The notes beneath the pieces are model-generated. The model was not told where the DNA came from and searched no databases. It saw only the letters and a program-made list of their open reading frames with translations. From a virus (lineage: Duplodnaviria; Caudoviricetes): a stretch of DNA of 64,000 nucleotides. The position numbers were made by a program, and so were the translations under genes. Shown here one piece after another: positions 1 to 9,474 of the stretch (position 1 is the stretch's first letter; each line of letters opens with the position of its first letter). The stretch is taken from positions 1-64,000 of the IMG/VR virus record IMGVR_UViG_3300034375_007061; one strand, written 5' to 3'.

Positions 1-7
1 AGACAAC

Positions 8-1393
8 GTGCTAGGTTATGGTGTCATTCCAGATACAAACGTTGCATTCTCAGAAGCAACGGTTAGCCGTTATGCACTAGGTATCTACACAACAGATACG
101 AACGTAACAGCAGGTATTAATGGTTGGAGTACCCAAGCAGACGGATACAATGGTACAACTTATACAGATGCCGACGGAAATTCTGTAAATTATGGTAATG
201 GTGACGACACTATTGGTATCAGTTGGACTTGGACAGGTGTTAGCGCAGGCGACATAATGGAAGCAAGTTATGCATACATCTTTGGACCAAGTGCGTTTGA
301 TGCAGCAGAAGATGCTATTACAGGTGGTGCTGGCGGTGGTGCTGACGTTAGTAGTTGGGGTACATTAGAGGATGTTGGTTCAGCAACAGATGCGGCAAGC
401 GGCGGAGGTTCAACTCCAGAACCAGTTATCACAACTGAAACCGTAGTTGACACAAGTCGTCCAGTACTAACAGCAAGTATTACACACCATGAGTCAAGTG
501 TAGCAGCAGGCGTTCAAACTATTGATCGTGAAACTACTACAACTACAACTACTCCAATGGTAACCAACACTTACACAGATGGTACACTTACTTCAAGTGC
601 AGTAGCAGATAGTGCTATAACTTCAGCAGTCACAGATCCAGGTGCATTTGTTGGACGCATGGATCAAGTTGATCAAATGATGGCACTAAATCCACACAAA
701 AGCCTAGGCATTGCTGATGGTGTATCAGGCGGCAGAATATCACATGATATGGGCAACGGCTACAGCGCAGAAACAACAGCATACGGACTAGGACATAGTG
801 TTGGCACAGACAACGGAATGTTAGTAAGTGGCGGCATCAACTTTGCTGATACAACGCTAACAGGTGAAGGCAGTAGTGGTGAAATGAGCACAATGATTAT
901 TCAAGGTAGAGTTGGTAAAACATTGGACAATAGAGATGCAACCGTTAGTGTTGGTGCTCACATGGCCAACAGCGATATATCATACAACAGAACCATTGGA
1001 GACTTTGGTGCAGCAGGTGAAACCACAAGCAGAGATATGGGTGCAACCATTATGGTAGAAAAGTCAACAGGCACCGTTCGTCCGTTTGCTGGTTATACAC
1101 TTGGATCACAATCTACAGATGCTTGGACAGAAACTGGCGATGTACAAGCGGTTATTGATCATGCAGCAGCAGATGAATCATATCGTTATGCTACCATTGG
1201 TATGAATATTGATACTGGTGTATTCACAGCAAGTTTCGCTAAAGACTTTGACGATGCAGAAACAATGCGCATAGGCTTAGGTATCAACAAAGATATCAAT
1301 CAGCGTGTGAGTTTTGGAGCAAATGCAAACAGAGTCACAGCAGGTGACAACACGAGCACATATATTAGTGCTGGTATTAAAATTCGATTCTAA
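8..1393 (+). CDS. Autotransporter-like outer-membrane beta-barrel protein, probably 5'-truncated by the window edge
   Basis: Gly/Thr/Ser-rich N-terminal region, C-terminal amphipathic beta-strands (VRPFAGYTL, YISAGIKIRF) and terminal Phe. Confidence 0.55.
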   Translation: MLGYGVIPDTNVAFSEATVSRYALGIYTTDTNVTAGINGWSTQADGYNGTTYTDADGNSVNYGNGDDTIGISWTWTGVSAGDIMEASYAYIFGPSAFDAAEDAITGGAGGGADVSSWGTLEDVGSATDAASGGGSTPEPVITTETVVDTSRPVLTASITHHESSVAAGVQTIDRETTTTTTTPMVTNTYTDGTLTSSAVADSAITSAVTDPGAFVGRMDQVDQMMALNPHKSLGIADGVSGGRISHDMGNGYSAETTAYGLGHSVGTDNGMLVSGGINFADTTLTGEGSSGEMSTMIIQGRVGKTLDNRDATVSVGAHMANSDISYNRTIGDFGAAGETTSRDMGATIMVEKSTGTVRPFAGYTLGSQSTDAWTETGDVQAVIDHAAADESYRYATIGMNIDTGVFTASFAKDFDDAETMRIGLGINKDINQRVSFGANANRVTAGDNTSTYISAGIKIRF

Positions 1394-1925
1394 TAATCGA
1401 ACAACCTAAAGCAGTGGCAGCCGCATCTTGTATATCAAAGCGGCTGTCGCCTAGTTCTTTAGCAACACCTACAGCAAGTGCAGCGGCACAGCCTTTCCAT
1501 CTGCTACCTGTGTAGTATGATACCGTTTCACCCACAGCAGCACCAACTAAAATATGTCCTATTTTATCGTCGTCTCCTGTCAAACTATAGTTACCATATG
1601 CAGCATGAGCATGAATAATGCTCATTGGAATTGCTAAAATATCCAATCCTTGATCGTGCATCCAATAGTTTAATCCAATACGAGCAGCAAAATATAATGC
1701 TACTTCTCCTTGACTAGGATATGGACCCATGATTATGTTTTTTTCTCTGTATCCGTCCCAACCCCTACTAGCAATCATATCTGTGCTATGCCAGTCTAAT
1801 GCTATCCAAGCACTACTTCGCCAGAAGTTATCTCGTGTTTGTTTGTCCCAATCTTCCCATGATAGTGCTATATTTGGTAAAAATACCAGTAAAAATGCTA
1901 AAATCCTCATTGTTGGCGCCCTCAT
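1377..1925 (-). CDS. Secreted/membrane protein with YfiM/DUF2279-like C-terminus
   Basis: Signal peptide; DDKIGH...AAALAVGVAKELGD...DAAATALG pattern. Confidence 0.45.
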   Translation of the reverse strand: MRAPTMRILAFLLVFLPNIALSWEDWDKQTRDNFWRSSAWIALDWHSTDMIASRGWDGYREKNIIMGPYPSQGEVALYFAARIGLNYWMHDQGLDILAIPMSIIHAHAAYGNYSLTGDDDKIGHILVGAAVGETVSYYTGSRWKGCAAALAVGVAKELGDSRFDIQDAAATALGCSIIRIEF

Positions 1926-1963
1926 TCTAATAGTATTTAACTAAATAGTTTGAGGGCTATAAT

Positions 1964-2341
1964 ATGAAATATTTAATGATCGCTGTTCTCGCGGTGTGGG
2001 CAACTTCCGTGAGTGCAAGTGAGTCAAACAAAATGGCTAAATGGTGTGTGGATAATACCGCAAACTGGAATGCCGCCGCAAGTTGCCACGCAGAATATAG
2101 ACAAAAAGTTCGTGCTGAACAATATGCCGAACTACGAGACTTTCTCAAACACAATCCAAGATATCGTGTGCCAGGACAGAGTTTAAATCGCTGTTGGGGC
2201 AAACCACGAGAAATGCCATTTGAAAGTGCTTATATTAAAGTTGACAATAATGGGTTTGAAGCAGGTGTAAATTACAAAGATAAACTGCCAGCAGGTTGTT
2301 ATGAAAATGCTCCTTGGGACAACAGGGAGGCAAAACAATGA
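1964..2341 (+). CDS. Secreted hypothetical protein
   Basis: Signal peptide, 4 Cys, GAGG RBS and TAAATA motif upstream. Confidence 0.6.
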   Translation: MKYLMIAVLAVWATSVSASESNKMAKWCVDNTANWNAAASCHAEYRQKVRAEQYAELRDFLKHNPRYRVPGQSLNRCWGKPREMPFESAYIKVDNNGFEAGVNYKDKLPAGCYENAPWDNREAKQ

Positions 2342-2496
2342 AATGGCTAGTACTTGTTACAATCTTAACTTTTGTTGGACTCGCAATGGTAGTGTATGAT
2401 GGACCTAGTAAATCTTATTGGGAAGATGTTGGACCTTCATGGGACCGTATGCTTAATCCAAATAAATACAAGGAACAGCAAGATGAAGGAAGTTAA
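2338..2496 (+). CDS. Small membrane protein
   Basis: ATGA overlap with the previous gene; hydrophobic N-terminus MKWLVLVTILTFVGLAMVV. Confidence 0.5.
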   Translation: MKWLVLVTILTFVGLAMVVYDGPSKSYWEDVGPSWDRMLNPNKYKEQQDEGS

Positions 2497-2498
2497 TA

Positions 2499-4553
2499 AT
2501 GTTGAAAAAAATTCTCCTGTCACCTCTGTGGAGCGTAGTGGTTTTAGGCGTCTTAGCCTACACGATTTGGTTGTCGCCAAACTTCCTGCAGAGCATCCAG
2601 TTACGGTACTTCGACCAACTGATAATCAGTCAACCAAAAATTGAAAACAATATCTACACGGTAGACATTGACGAAGCAGCAATCGATCAGTATGGACAAT
2701 GGCCGTTTCCTAGAGGCGATTACGCAGCAATCATAGAGGATTTATACAACAGAGGCGCAGGTTTGGTTGTGTGGAATGTGCTTATGAGTGAGCCAGACAG
2801 ATCAGGCGAAGATCAAGAACTTGCCTTGACAATGCAGTCATTTCCAGTTATACTTACTATGTTAGGAGCCGAGGAGAGCAAGAATGAAGCAATCAATCCA
2901 GGTGCTACTATTGTTAATAGTGAGTTTAGGGATAGGATACCTAGTGTTCCGGGAACCATCGCAAATATACCAGATATTGAATACAGCGCCGTTGGTAGTG
3001 GAATCACCAATAGCTGGCCCGAGCTTGACGGAGTCACAAGAAGAATCCCACTAGTTGTTCGTGCTGAAGACACAGACACGCTATATCCAAATGTTACAAT
3101 GGAAGTTTTGCGTGTACTTGCAGGCGATCCTTCGTTCCAAATAAAATTAAATGAGTTTGGTGTAGACAAATTACGCATACCAGCATACGGCTTCCTACAA
3201 ACAAATCCTAGTGGTGAAGTATGGATAGACTGGAGCCAAGGATACAAGTCACACAGCGTAACCAACTTGCCAGATGATTTTGCTGGCGGTATAGTATTTG
3301 TAGGACCTACAGCAGCAGGTGTAACACAGCCAATAGCAACAGCAGCAGGTTCAGTGTTTCCGCATCAAATACAGGCAGTAATGCTTGGAACCGTTTTTAA
3401 TGAATCAAACATAAGCAGACATCCTGACGCAGAACAATGGGCTGAACTAGCAGCGTTTATTGGTGCAGGTATTCTGTTAATCGCACTCGCCCGATGGACA
3501 TATGTAGGTATAGCCTTTTTTATTATGTCAGTAGGCGGCTTTATCGGAGTTAGTATATATGTATTCAATACACAAAACATTCTTATTGATGGCGCTACTA
3601 TCAGTGCTTTCCTCTTGCTGGTGGGTCTCAAACGATACGTGCTTAAATTCATCGACGAGTTCTTGCAAAAGCAAGCCATTAAAAAACAATTCGAAGGATA
3701 CGCCAGCCCAGCAGTTGTACGAATACTACAGGAAAATCCCGCTCTTGTTAAAGATGGGATAAAGAAAGATGTGAGCATTGTATTCTCAGACTTGCGTGGC
3801 TTTACGCCACTAGGTGAATCATTTGGAGATGATGTAAAAGGACTTACAAGAATAATGAATGGCTATATGGATGCCATTACACAACCTGTGCTAGATGCAG
3901 ACGGAATGATTATCAAGTATATAGGTGATGCTAGTATGCACATACACAACGCACCTATAGATGATGAAAGACACGCACACACAGCAGTGCAGTGTGGATT
4001 AGATATGCTTAAAGCAGTGGAGAAGTTCAATGAAGAAATCATTATACCAGAGGGTAGGCCACCTGTTGGTATGGGTGCTGGTATCAATACTGGTCTTGGG
4101 TACATTGGCGAAATGGGCTCAACTAAGCGCCATAGTTATGACGTACTTGGGGATGCGGTAAGCACAGCAGCAAGAGTTGAAAGTAAATGTAAAGAATACG
4201 GATGTCTATTGCTTGTTGGAGAAGCGACATACAAACAAACCAAAGACGACTTCTTCTGGCTCAAAGTAGATGACTTGCAGGTTAAAGGTAAAAGTGTTGG
4301 CTTATCAATATACACCGTGTTAGATGATGTGAAACCAGTTTGGGCTAGTGCGCAGAAGAAACACGAACAAATGCACGAAGACTATCGTGCGCAGCGTTTT
4401 GATGATGCTATAGATAAATGTCGTATGCTACACGATCACTTTGATCACAAGATGCAAGGTTATTACGATATGTGGATCGAACGCTGTGAGTATATGAAAA
4501 CACAAGACTTGCCATCAAACTGGAATGGTGTGTTTATCGCAACAAGTAAATAG
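2499..4553 (+). CDS. CHASE2-domain class III adenylate cyclase
   Basis: N-terminal TM, CHASE2 motifs (DIDE, GQWPFPR, DGVTRRIPL), 3 TMs, cyclase motifs FSDLRGFT, KYIGDA, YDVLGDAVSTAARVE. Confidence 0.9.
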   Translation: MLKKILLSPLWSVVVLGVLAYTIWLSPNFLQSIQLRYFDQLIISQPKIENNIYTVDIDEAAIDQYGQWPFPRGDYAAIIEDLYNRGAGLVVWNVLMSEPDRSGEDQELALTMQSFPVILTMLGAEESKNEAINPGATIVNSEFRDRIPSVPGTIANIPDIEYSAVGSGITNSWPELDGVTRRIPLVVRAEDTDTLYPNVTMEVLRVLAGDPSFQIKLNEFGVDKLRIPAYGFLQTNPSGEVWIDWSQGYKSHSVTNLPDDFAGGIVFVGPTAAGVTQPIATAAGSVFPHQIQAVMLGTVFNESNISRHPDAEQWAELAAFIGAGILLIALARWTYVGIAFFIMSVGGFIGVSIYVFNTQNILIDGATISAFLLLVGLKRYVLKFIDEFLQKQAIKKQFEGYASPAVVRILQENPALVKDGIKKDVSIVFSDLRGFTPLGESFGDDVKGLTRIMNGYMDAITQPVLDADGMIIKYIGDASMHIHNAPIDDERHAHTAVQCGLDMLKAVEKFNEEIIIPEGRPPVGMGAGINTGLGYIGEMGSTKRHSYDVLGDAVSTAARVESKCKEYGCLLLVGEATYKQTKDDFFWLKVDDLQVKGKSVGLSIYTVLDDVKPVWASAQKKHEQMHEDYRAQRFDDAIDKCRMLHDHFDHKMQGYYDMWIERCEYMKTQDLPSNWNGVFIATSK

Positions 4554-4556
4554 TAT

Positions 4557-5207
4557 ATGCTAAACTATATCAAACAAATATTTGGAACCTTGCCTGCGGA
4601 AGAAAAACGCACTACTAATGACATCAATGTGATATGGTGCCATGGTGCAAACCAAACAAGTCTAAGTTTCAAGTATTTGCAAACCAAAACTCAATTTCCA
4701 AATGAAATAATGGTAAACTATTCAAGCATGAATCGATTTTATGATAACTTGGAAATGATAGCAGATACATGTAAAGGCAAAGGTCCACATTTTGTTATAG
4801 GACATAGTATGGGCGGGTTGTATGCACTACACTTAACCAAATATGTTAGAGTTGTAGGTGGTGTGAGTATTAGCACACCGTTTCGTGGTAGTAGTACAGC
4901 AGATTGGGCAAAATATATTGTGCCAAGTTATCCGCTGTTCAAAGACATTGGTAGAAAAAGTGATCCAATCAAAGAAGCAAATGAAATAAAACTAACTATA
5001 CCTTGGACACAAATAGTTACTACAGCAGGTTCAGTTCCTTATCACAACGGACCTAATGATGGAGTTTGCACAATTGCTAGTATGTCTCATAGAACTGATA
5101 TGACGCACACGGAAGTAAATCACACACACTACGAAACTATGGTTTCTGATCGTGTTGCAGAAATTATTCAGACTTGTTACTCTCGTGCTTTAACAAAAGC
5201 GCATTAA
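4557..5207 (+). CDS. Alpha/beta hydrolase (lipase/esterase-like)
   Basis: CHGA oxyanion motif, GHSMGG nucleophile, STPFRGS, NDGV, C-terminal His. Confidence 0.8.
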   Translation: MLNYIKQIFGTLPAEEKRTTNDINVIWCHGANQTSLSFKYLQTKTQFPNEIMVNYSSMNRFYDNLEMIADTCKGKGPHFVIGHSMGGLYALHLTKYVRVVGGVSISTPFRGSSTADWAKYIVPSYPLFKDIGRKSDPIKEANEIKLTIPWTQIVTTAGSVPYHNGPNDGVCTIASMSHRTDMTHTEVNHTHYETMVSDRVAEIIQTCYSRALTKAH

Positions 5208-5391
5208 CTTCGTCAGTCTTTACTAGCCACCCTGCCTCATTTACAATAAACACATCGCCCGGTTTGTATAACCAATGATCCTTTGGTGTGCCATCTTTTT
5301 GAACACCCATTACTTCGCCAGGCCAATCACCTTTAACACGGAATGCGTGTCCGTTGCCGGCACTTTCTACAATATAGTCCATCCAAATCAT
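5164..5391 (-). CDS. Hypothetical protein
   Basis: ORF coupled to its neighbour by an overlapping start/stop. Confidence 0.55.
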   Translation of the reverse strand: MIWMDYIVESAGNGHAFRVKGDWPGEVMGVQKDGTPKDHWLYKPGDVFIVNEAGWLVKTDEVNALLLKHESNKSE

Positions 5392-5660
5392 ACTCGTTCA
5401 ATCCTTTGCTTGCCATGTTTAATACCAAACAACAATGCTTGATCTTCATTGTCAATATCAACATATATGTCGCAACGACAATACGTATCTGCTACAAAAC
5501 CATCGCTCTTTAGCAATACAAGTGTGTATTCTTTTTCGTTGATTTCTCTGTATAGGTCTTCGCCTATTTCACGGCGCACCCATATCTGTTCCATGCGCTC
5601 GTTGCCCTTCTCGGCAGTGTGCGACCATTTATACTCGCATTGTCCTAAGTAGTATCTCAT
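5388..5660 (-). CDS. Hypothetical protein
   Basis: ORF in a minus-strand operon. Confidence 0.55.
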   Translation of the reverse strand: MRYYLGQCEYKWSHTAEKGNERMEQIWVRREIGEDLYREINEKEYTLVLLKSDGFVADTYCRCDIYVDIDNEDQALLFGIKHGKQRIERV

Positions 5661-5668
5661 ATAGATAC

Positions 5669-5794
5669 TTATTTTTGTTTACTATCCTTGCAATCACATC
5701 TGGTACAAACGTCATTAACACAATCCTTGCAATCAGGTGAATAGCAATGACATTTGTGTCCGCAGCTTTTACAAGTGCGTTCTTTTCCTATCAT
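5669..5794 (-). CDS. Cys-rich metallothionein-like peptide (41 aa, not in the ORF track)
   Basis: MIGKERTCKSCGHKCHCYSPDCKDCVNDVCTRCDCKDSKQK; ATGA overlap with the upstream stop. Confidence 0.6.
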   Translation of the reverse strand: MIGKERTCKSCGHKCHCYSPDCKDCVNDVCTRCDCKDSKQK

Positions 5795-6183
5795 CTACTG
5801 GTTCTCTTTTTCATAGGTTCTTTTTTTGGTTCTTCTGGCGCAGGCGCCTCTTTCGTTTTTTCTTCTTTACCAGTGCTGTTAAATGCTTGACTAGTGCTTT
5901 GATATTTTGCTACAACAGAATCTAATTCAGCTTGTTGGTCTTTGTCCATCATTGCACGATGTTCTAATACCATACTCAACTTGCTGTTGAGTCGTATCAT
6001 ATCATTGTCTAACATACGCACACGATCAACAAGTTTAATCAGCGTACCCATTGTTTCACCTAGCACAGGATCAATGGTTTCTGTCACCCATTTCCAGATG
6101 AAGAAGATAAAATATCCCATTCCCATAGCAGCAATGATAGGAAATCCGTACTCACTAACCGCTTGTGCTAGATCAAATTCCAT
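5791..6183 (-). CDS. YvrJ/holin-like single-TM coiled-coil protein
   Basis: YGFPIIAA TM segment followed by coiled coil (RVRMLDNDMIRL). Confidence 0.6.
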   Translation of the reverse strand: MEFDLAQAVSEYGFPIIAAMGMGYFIFFIWKWVTETIDPVLGETMGTLIKLVDRVRMLDNDMIRLNSKLSMVLEHRAMMDKDQQAELDSVVAKYQSTSQAFNSTGKEEKTKEAPAPEEPKKEPMKKRTSR

Positions 6184-6399
6184 TTATTCTCCGAACATTC
6201 CTATTAAGTCTGGACCAAAACTGCTGGCTGCCCATCCTACAGCTAACATAGCAACCACTCCTAAAAACAGCCATTTCATTTTGAAATCGTCAACTGACAT
6301 TTTAATTGCTACTAGTTCATTGCCTAGTATGCGCAGTTGTATCTCCATTTTACCTTTATCGTCTACATTAGTCTCTTCTGGCATCATTCTTTCCTTCAT
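6184..6399 (-). CDS. Small membrane protein
   Basis: C-terminal TM helix; lies within the operon. Confidence 0.55.
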   Translation of the reverse strand: MKERMMPEETNVDDKGKMEIQLRILGNELVAIKMSVDDFKMKWLFLGVVAMLAVGWAASSFGPDLIGMFGE

Positions 6400-6646
6400 T
6401 TGCTGCTATACGATCTATGTTAGGTTTTACATTAAGAGCATAACTCAGTAATGCATCTATTTTAACAAGATCGTTGTTCATTGTTTGAACACGATTATCT
6501 AGTTGCCCTATGATATTTTTTAATGTTGTTACACTACCTGTAACACCAGCAAGTATGAATTTAAGAGTAAGAAAGACAAAGCCTCCTGCTGCTAATGCCC
6601 CTGCAATTGGAAAACCTACATCTCCTACTAGTGTTAAAAAATCCAT
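6368..6646 (-). CDS. YvrJ/holin-like single-TM protein, paralog of 5791-6183
   Basis: VGFPIAGA TM segment; RVQTMNNDLVKI. Confidence 0.6.
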   Translation of the reverse strand: MDFLTLVGDVGFPIAGALAAGGFVFLTLKFILAGVTGSVTTLKNIIGQLDNRVQTMNNDLVKIDALLSYALNVKPNIDRIAANEGKNDARRD

Positions 6647-6673
6647 GTTTGTGCGCCCTCACGCTCTGCTATA

Positions 6674-7459
6674 TTGTATTTAGTTGTTGACAATACTAAA
6701 ATTGGTGTTATAATAAGACAAATGGAGAATATTATGGCTACAAGTGAAGAAAAACAAGAAACAATTGATACATTAAAAGGTGAACGCTATTATCGTGTGT
6801 TAATCAGCGGCTACGGCGGCGAAGCAGCATATATGAGCATTTCGAAAGAAGCACATGATTTTTGGAAACCTATCTTAGATGAACACGGTGACAATGATCT
6901 AGTAGCATATATGGCCGCCGACGATGATGAAGAACCAGAGTATGATGAGATTGATGGTGTACCAGAAGAAGCACAATTCTTACATGACAAAGAAGATGAC
7001 AACTACAAGCGTCCTTGGTATGAATCACACACAGAGTTTGAACATCAGTATGGCGGAACTTGGGATAGTTGCCATATTTGTATTGATGAAGTAGATTCAG
7101 AAGAGTATAATGCAAGCGTAGTTGCAGAAGTGCTTGACGAACGTATTGATGAACTGAATGATCGCTTAGGTGAAGAAAGTGATTACGAAGTTGAGTTGGT
7201 ACAAATGGGTGTTTGTGATGAAACACCAGAAGGCACTGAATATATTGCTCAACTTTACAGCAGTGAAAAAGGCACATTCTTTGAAGGTTGTATTACTACC
7301 TATGGTGACTTTGATGTTAAAAAACTAACCATTGTAACTACAGAGTTCTTGAATGGTGAAGATACTATTACTGAAGTCGAGTATGATGGTCAAATTGTTG
7401 ATAACGGCGGAGGAGACACAAACGGCAAAGGTTATTATGCCAGTGTTTGGAAAGCATGA
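6674..7459 (+). CDS. Highly acidic hypothetical protein (true start probably MATSEE, about 6734)
   Basis: Long ORF; GGAG RBS before ATGGCTACA. Confidence 0.7.
   Translation: MYLVVDNTKIGVIIRQMENIMATSEEKQETIDTLKGERYYRVLISGYGGEAAYMSISKEAHDFWKPILDEHGDNDLVAYMAADDDEEPEYDEIDGVPEEAQFLHDKEDDNYKRPWYESHTEFEHQYGGTWDSCHICIDEVDSEEYNASVVAEVLDERIDELNDRLGEESDYEVELVQMGVCDETPEGTEYIAQLYSSEKGTFFEGCITTYGDFDVKKLTIVTTEFLNGEDTITEVEYDGQIVDNGGGDTNGKGYYASVWKA
6687..6714 (+). promoter_or_regulatory. sigma70-type promoter
   Basis: TTGACA-16 bp-TATAAT. Confidence 0.7.
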
Positions 7460-7641
7460 GTATGATGCAGAATTATAACATCGAAACAACTTGGACACAA
7501 CCGTATAGGACACATGGTTGTCTTTGGGAAGCAATTGAAACACAGGCAATCTGTGACGAAATGGAAGAACTAGAAAGCCAACTACGCACCACAGCACTTG
7601 CGGAGCGTATGCTGAATGATATTGGAGTAAAGATCAAATGA
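7447..7641 (+). CDS. Hypothetical protein
   Basis: Coupled small ORF. Confidence 0.45.
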   Translation: MESMSMMQNYNIETTWTQPYRTHGCLWEAIETQAICDEMEELESQLRTTALAERMLNDIGVKIK

Positions 7642-7829
7642 TTGTAATTGGATATAGACCAAACGCTAACTTTGTGGAAGCACAGATTGCCATCAGCAAG
7701 CACACTCATTTCAATCTAAGTGAAAGTAAGGCAATTTGTGATGCCATACAAGAAGGACAAGGTGTAAAGTTACCTGATGATTTTGTGTTGCGTGAAGATT
7801 TAGAAGACCTTAACTTTTTGGTGGATTGA
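7638..7829 (+). CDS. Hypothetical protein
   Basis: Coupled small ORF. Confidence 0.5.
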   Translation: MIVIGYRPNANFVEAQIAISKHTHFNLSESKAICDAIQEGQGVKLPDDFVLREDLEDLNFLVD

Positions 7830-8017
7830 TGGTAAATAATAATCTAATTGAATACAAAGTAGAAGACATTTTTGAGGACGATCCGGACAATCCTGAAAAT
7901 GTGTTAATGAAAATACCAGACGAAATTGCAGAACGCATGGGCTGGCAACCAGGAGATACGTTGAGTATTAAAGTAGAAGACAAAATGATGTCCATTACGA
8001 AAGTGGATAATGGCTAA
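7826..8017 (+). CDS. AbrB/MazE-like small DNA-binding protein
   Basis: [26 protein letters not shown] resembles the swapped-hairpin motif. Confidence 0.6.
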   Translation: MMVNNNLIEYKVEDIFEDDPDNPENVLMKIPDEIAERMGWQPGDTLSIKVEDKMMSITKVDNG

Positions 8018-8225
8018 AGAAGGTATATTAGAATTCGAAGGCAGCATTGTAGAAGTGCTGCCTAATCAAATGTTCAAAGTAAAATTAGACAACGAACATA
8101 TAGTCACATGTTATACAGGCGGAAAGATGCGCCAGTTTAAGATTAGACTAGTAGGCGGTGATAGAGTGCTTATTGAAATGACACCTTATGATTTAGACAA
8201 AGGTCGTATCACTCGCAGATTGTAG
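8010..8225 (+). CDS. infA: Translation initiation factor IF-1
   Basis: [42 protein letters not shown]. Confidence 0.95.
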   Translation: MAKEGILEFEGSIVEVLPNQMFKVKLDNEHIVTCYTGGKMRQFKIRLVGGDRVLIEMTPYDLDKGRITRRL

Positions 8226-8240
8226 GTTGACAACCATTGT

Positions 8241-8579
8241 TTGCTATGCTATAAAGTATGCAACAAGGAGGGCAACATGGCTGTATTAGAATTAGCAAGT
8301 TTTGAAATGATTAAAAAAGCTGAAGATTATTTGGGCAATCATCAGTGTGTGTTGAGTTTTGGCGACGAATACGAACTTAGCATTATCACAGGCGAAGGTG
8401 TTTACAGCACAGAATCTGCTCCATATGAGATTGCTGTTATTAAAAACGGTGATTTGATATACATGCCTGGCATCACAGATGAAGATGATACCGTCAAAGG
8501 TTACTTGACAGAAGCAGATGTAAGTGCTATAATAAAGAAAATGTACTTGTTAACTGGCAAAACACCGAGGCAAATATGA
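8241..8579 (+). CDS. Hypothetical phage protein (start probably 8277)
   Basis: GGAGG RBS; TTGACA promoter at 8227. Confidence 0.6.
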   Translation: MLCYKVCNKEGNMAVLELASFEMIKKAEDYLGNHQCVLSFGDEYELSIITGEGVYSTESAPYEIAVIKNGDLIYMPGITDEDDTVKGYLTEADVSAIIKKMYLLTGKTPRQI

Positions 8580-8974
8580 TATATGTACAAGGCGGCACAA
8601 AAGCACAACGCAAGTATGCTTACAGCATGGCAGACTACGTTTGTAACAAATTTAATATAAATCCTGACATTGAAATCTCATTCCGCAGACTTACAAACGA
8701 TCGCAGTCTAGGTGGTTGTGTGCAAGTTGATAATCACGAATACGAAATTGACATCAAACGTAGTTTGCGACTACGTGACTTACTTACTACTCTTGCACAC
8801 GAGCTTGTGCATGTAAAGCAATATGAGCTCGGTCAACTCAATCATTGTGCAGAAGAAGAATTTGACTATTGGGACAAGCCTAGCGAAATCGAAGCGCATG
8901 GCAGAGAAACAGGTTTGTTTGTTACATGGGCTGAACAAAACAAACTAGCACATAAGAAGTGGACACAAGTATGA
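8576..8974 (+). CDS. Zincin-like metallopeptidase
   Basis: TLAHELVHVKQY (HExxH) and downstream PSEIEA. Confidence 0.75.
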   Translation: MIYVQGGTKAQRKYAYSMADYVCNKFNINPDIEISFRRLTNDRSLGGCVQVDNHEYEIDIKRSLRLRDLLTTLAHELVHVKQYELGQLNHCAEEEFDYWDKPSEIEAHGRETGLFVTWAEQNKLAHKKWTQV

Positions 8975-9474
8975 GTAAATTCTTTTTTGAACGTTTGCAT
9001 CAAGGATACAAAGGTCAAAAATATTCATCAAATATTAGATGTAATTATCATTTTTGTAATAATAATGCTACATTAAATAAGGGTGTTGGTGAACGTTACT
9101 GCGATCATCATCAAAGTTTACTGAGAGAATATGGCGGACCTGCACGGACAGATCGCCCGTGGACCTTTAATAAAAAATCTTGTTGTGATTTCTGTGGCAA
9201 GGATCCATGGCAGCATCCTAAAGTAAAACAAATCAGTGACGAGCTTATACGTGATCGTGTTGCATGGGGAATGTTGATTGTTGATCATATTATCCCACAA
9301 AAATATGGCGGTAGTGATGCACCTGAAAACTGCCAAACACTTTGTTTAGATTGTAATCAAATTAAAACCACGCTGGCTTGTGATAGTATGCCAAGAGCAT
9401 TATACAATGATAAATCAGAATATGATTCAGTAAAGCAAAGATTAAAGCCTTGGTTAGATAAGTTATTTGGTTGA
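8959..9474 (+). CDS. HNH endonuclease
   Basis: CDFC...VDHIIPQKYGGSDAPENCQTLCLDCN. Confidence 0.85.
   Translation: MDTSMSKFFFERLHQGYKGQKYSSNIRCNYHFCNNNATLNKGVGERYCDHHQSLLREYGGPARTDRPWTFNKKSCCDFCGKDPWQHPKVKQISDELIRDRVAWGMLIVDHIIPQKYGGSDAPENCQTLCLDCNQIKTTLACDSMPRALYNDKSEYDSVKQRLKPWLDKLFG

Noticed and set aside
5669-5800. Read-through or frameshift joining the 5791-6183 ORF to the Cys-rich peptide
   Set aside because: The peptide has its own ATG overlapping the upstream TGA, so no recoding is needed.
8959-9474. HNH gene as part of a group I intron or mobile element
   Set aside because: The flanking genes look uninterrupted and no intron core or terminal repeats are visible; it is a free-standing HNH.
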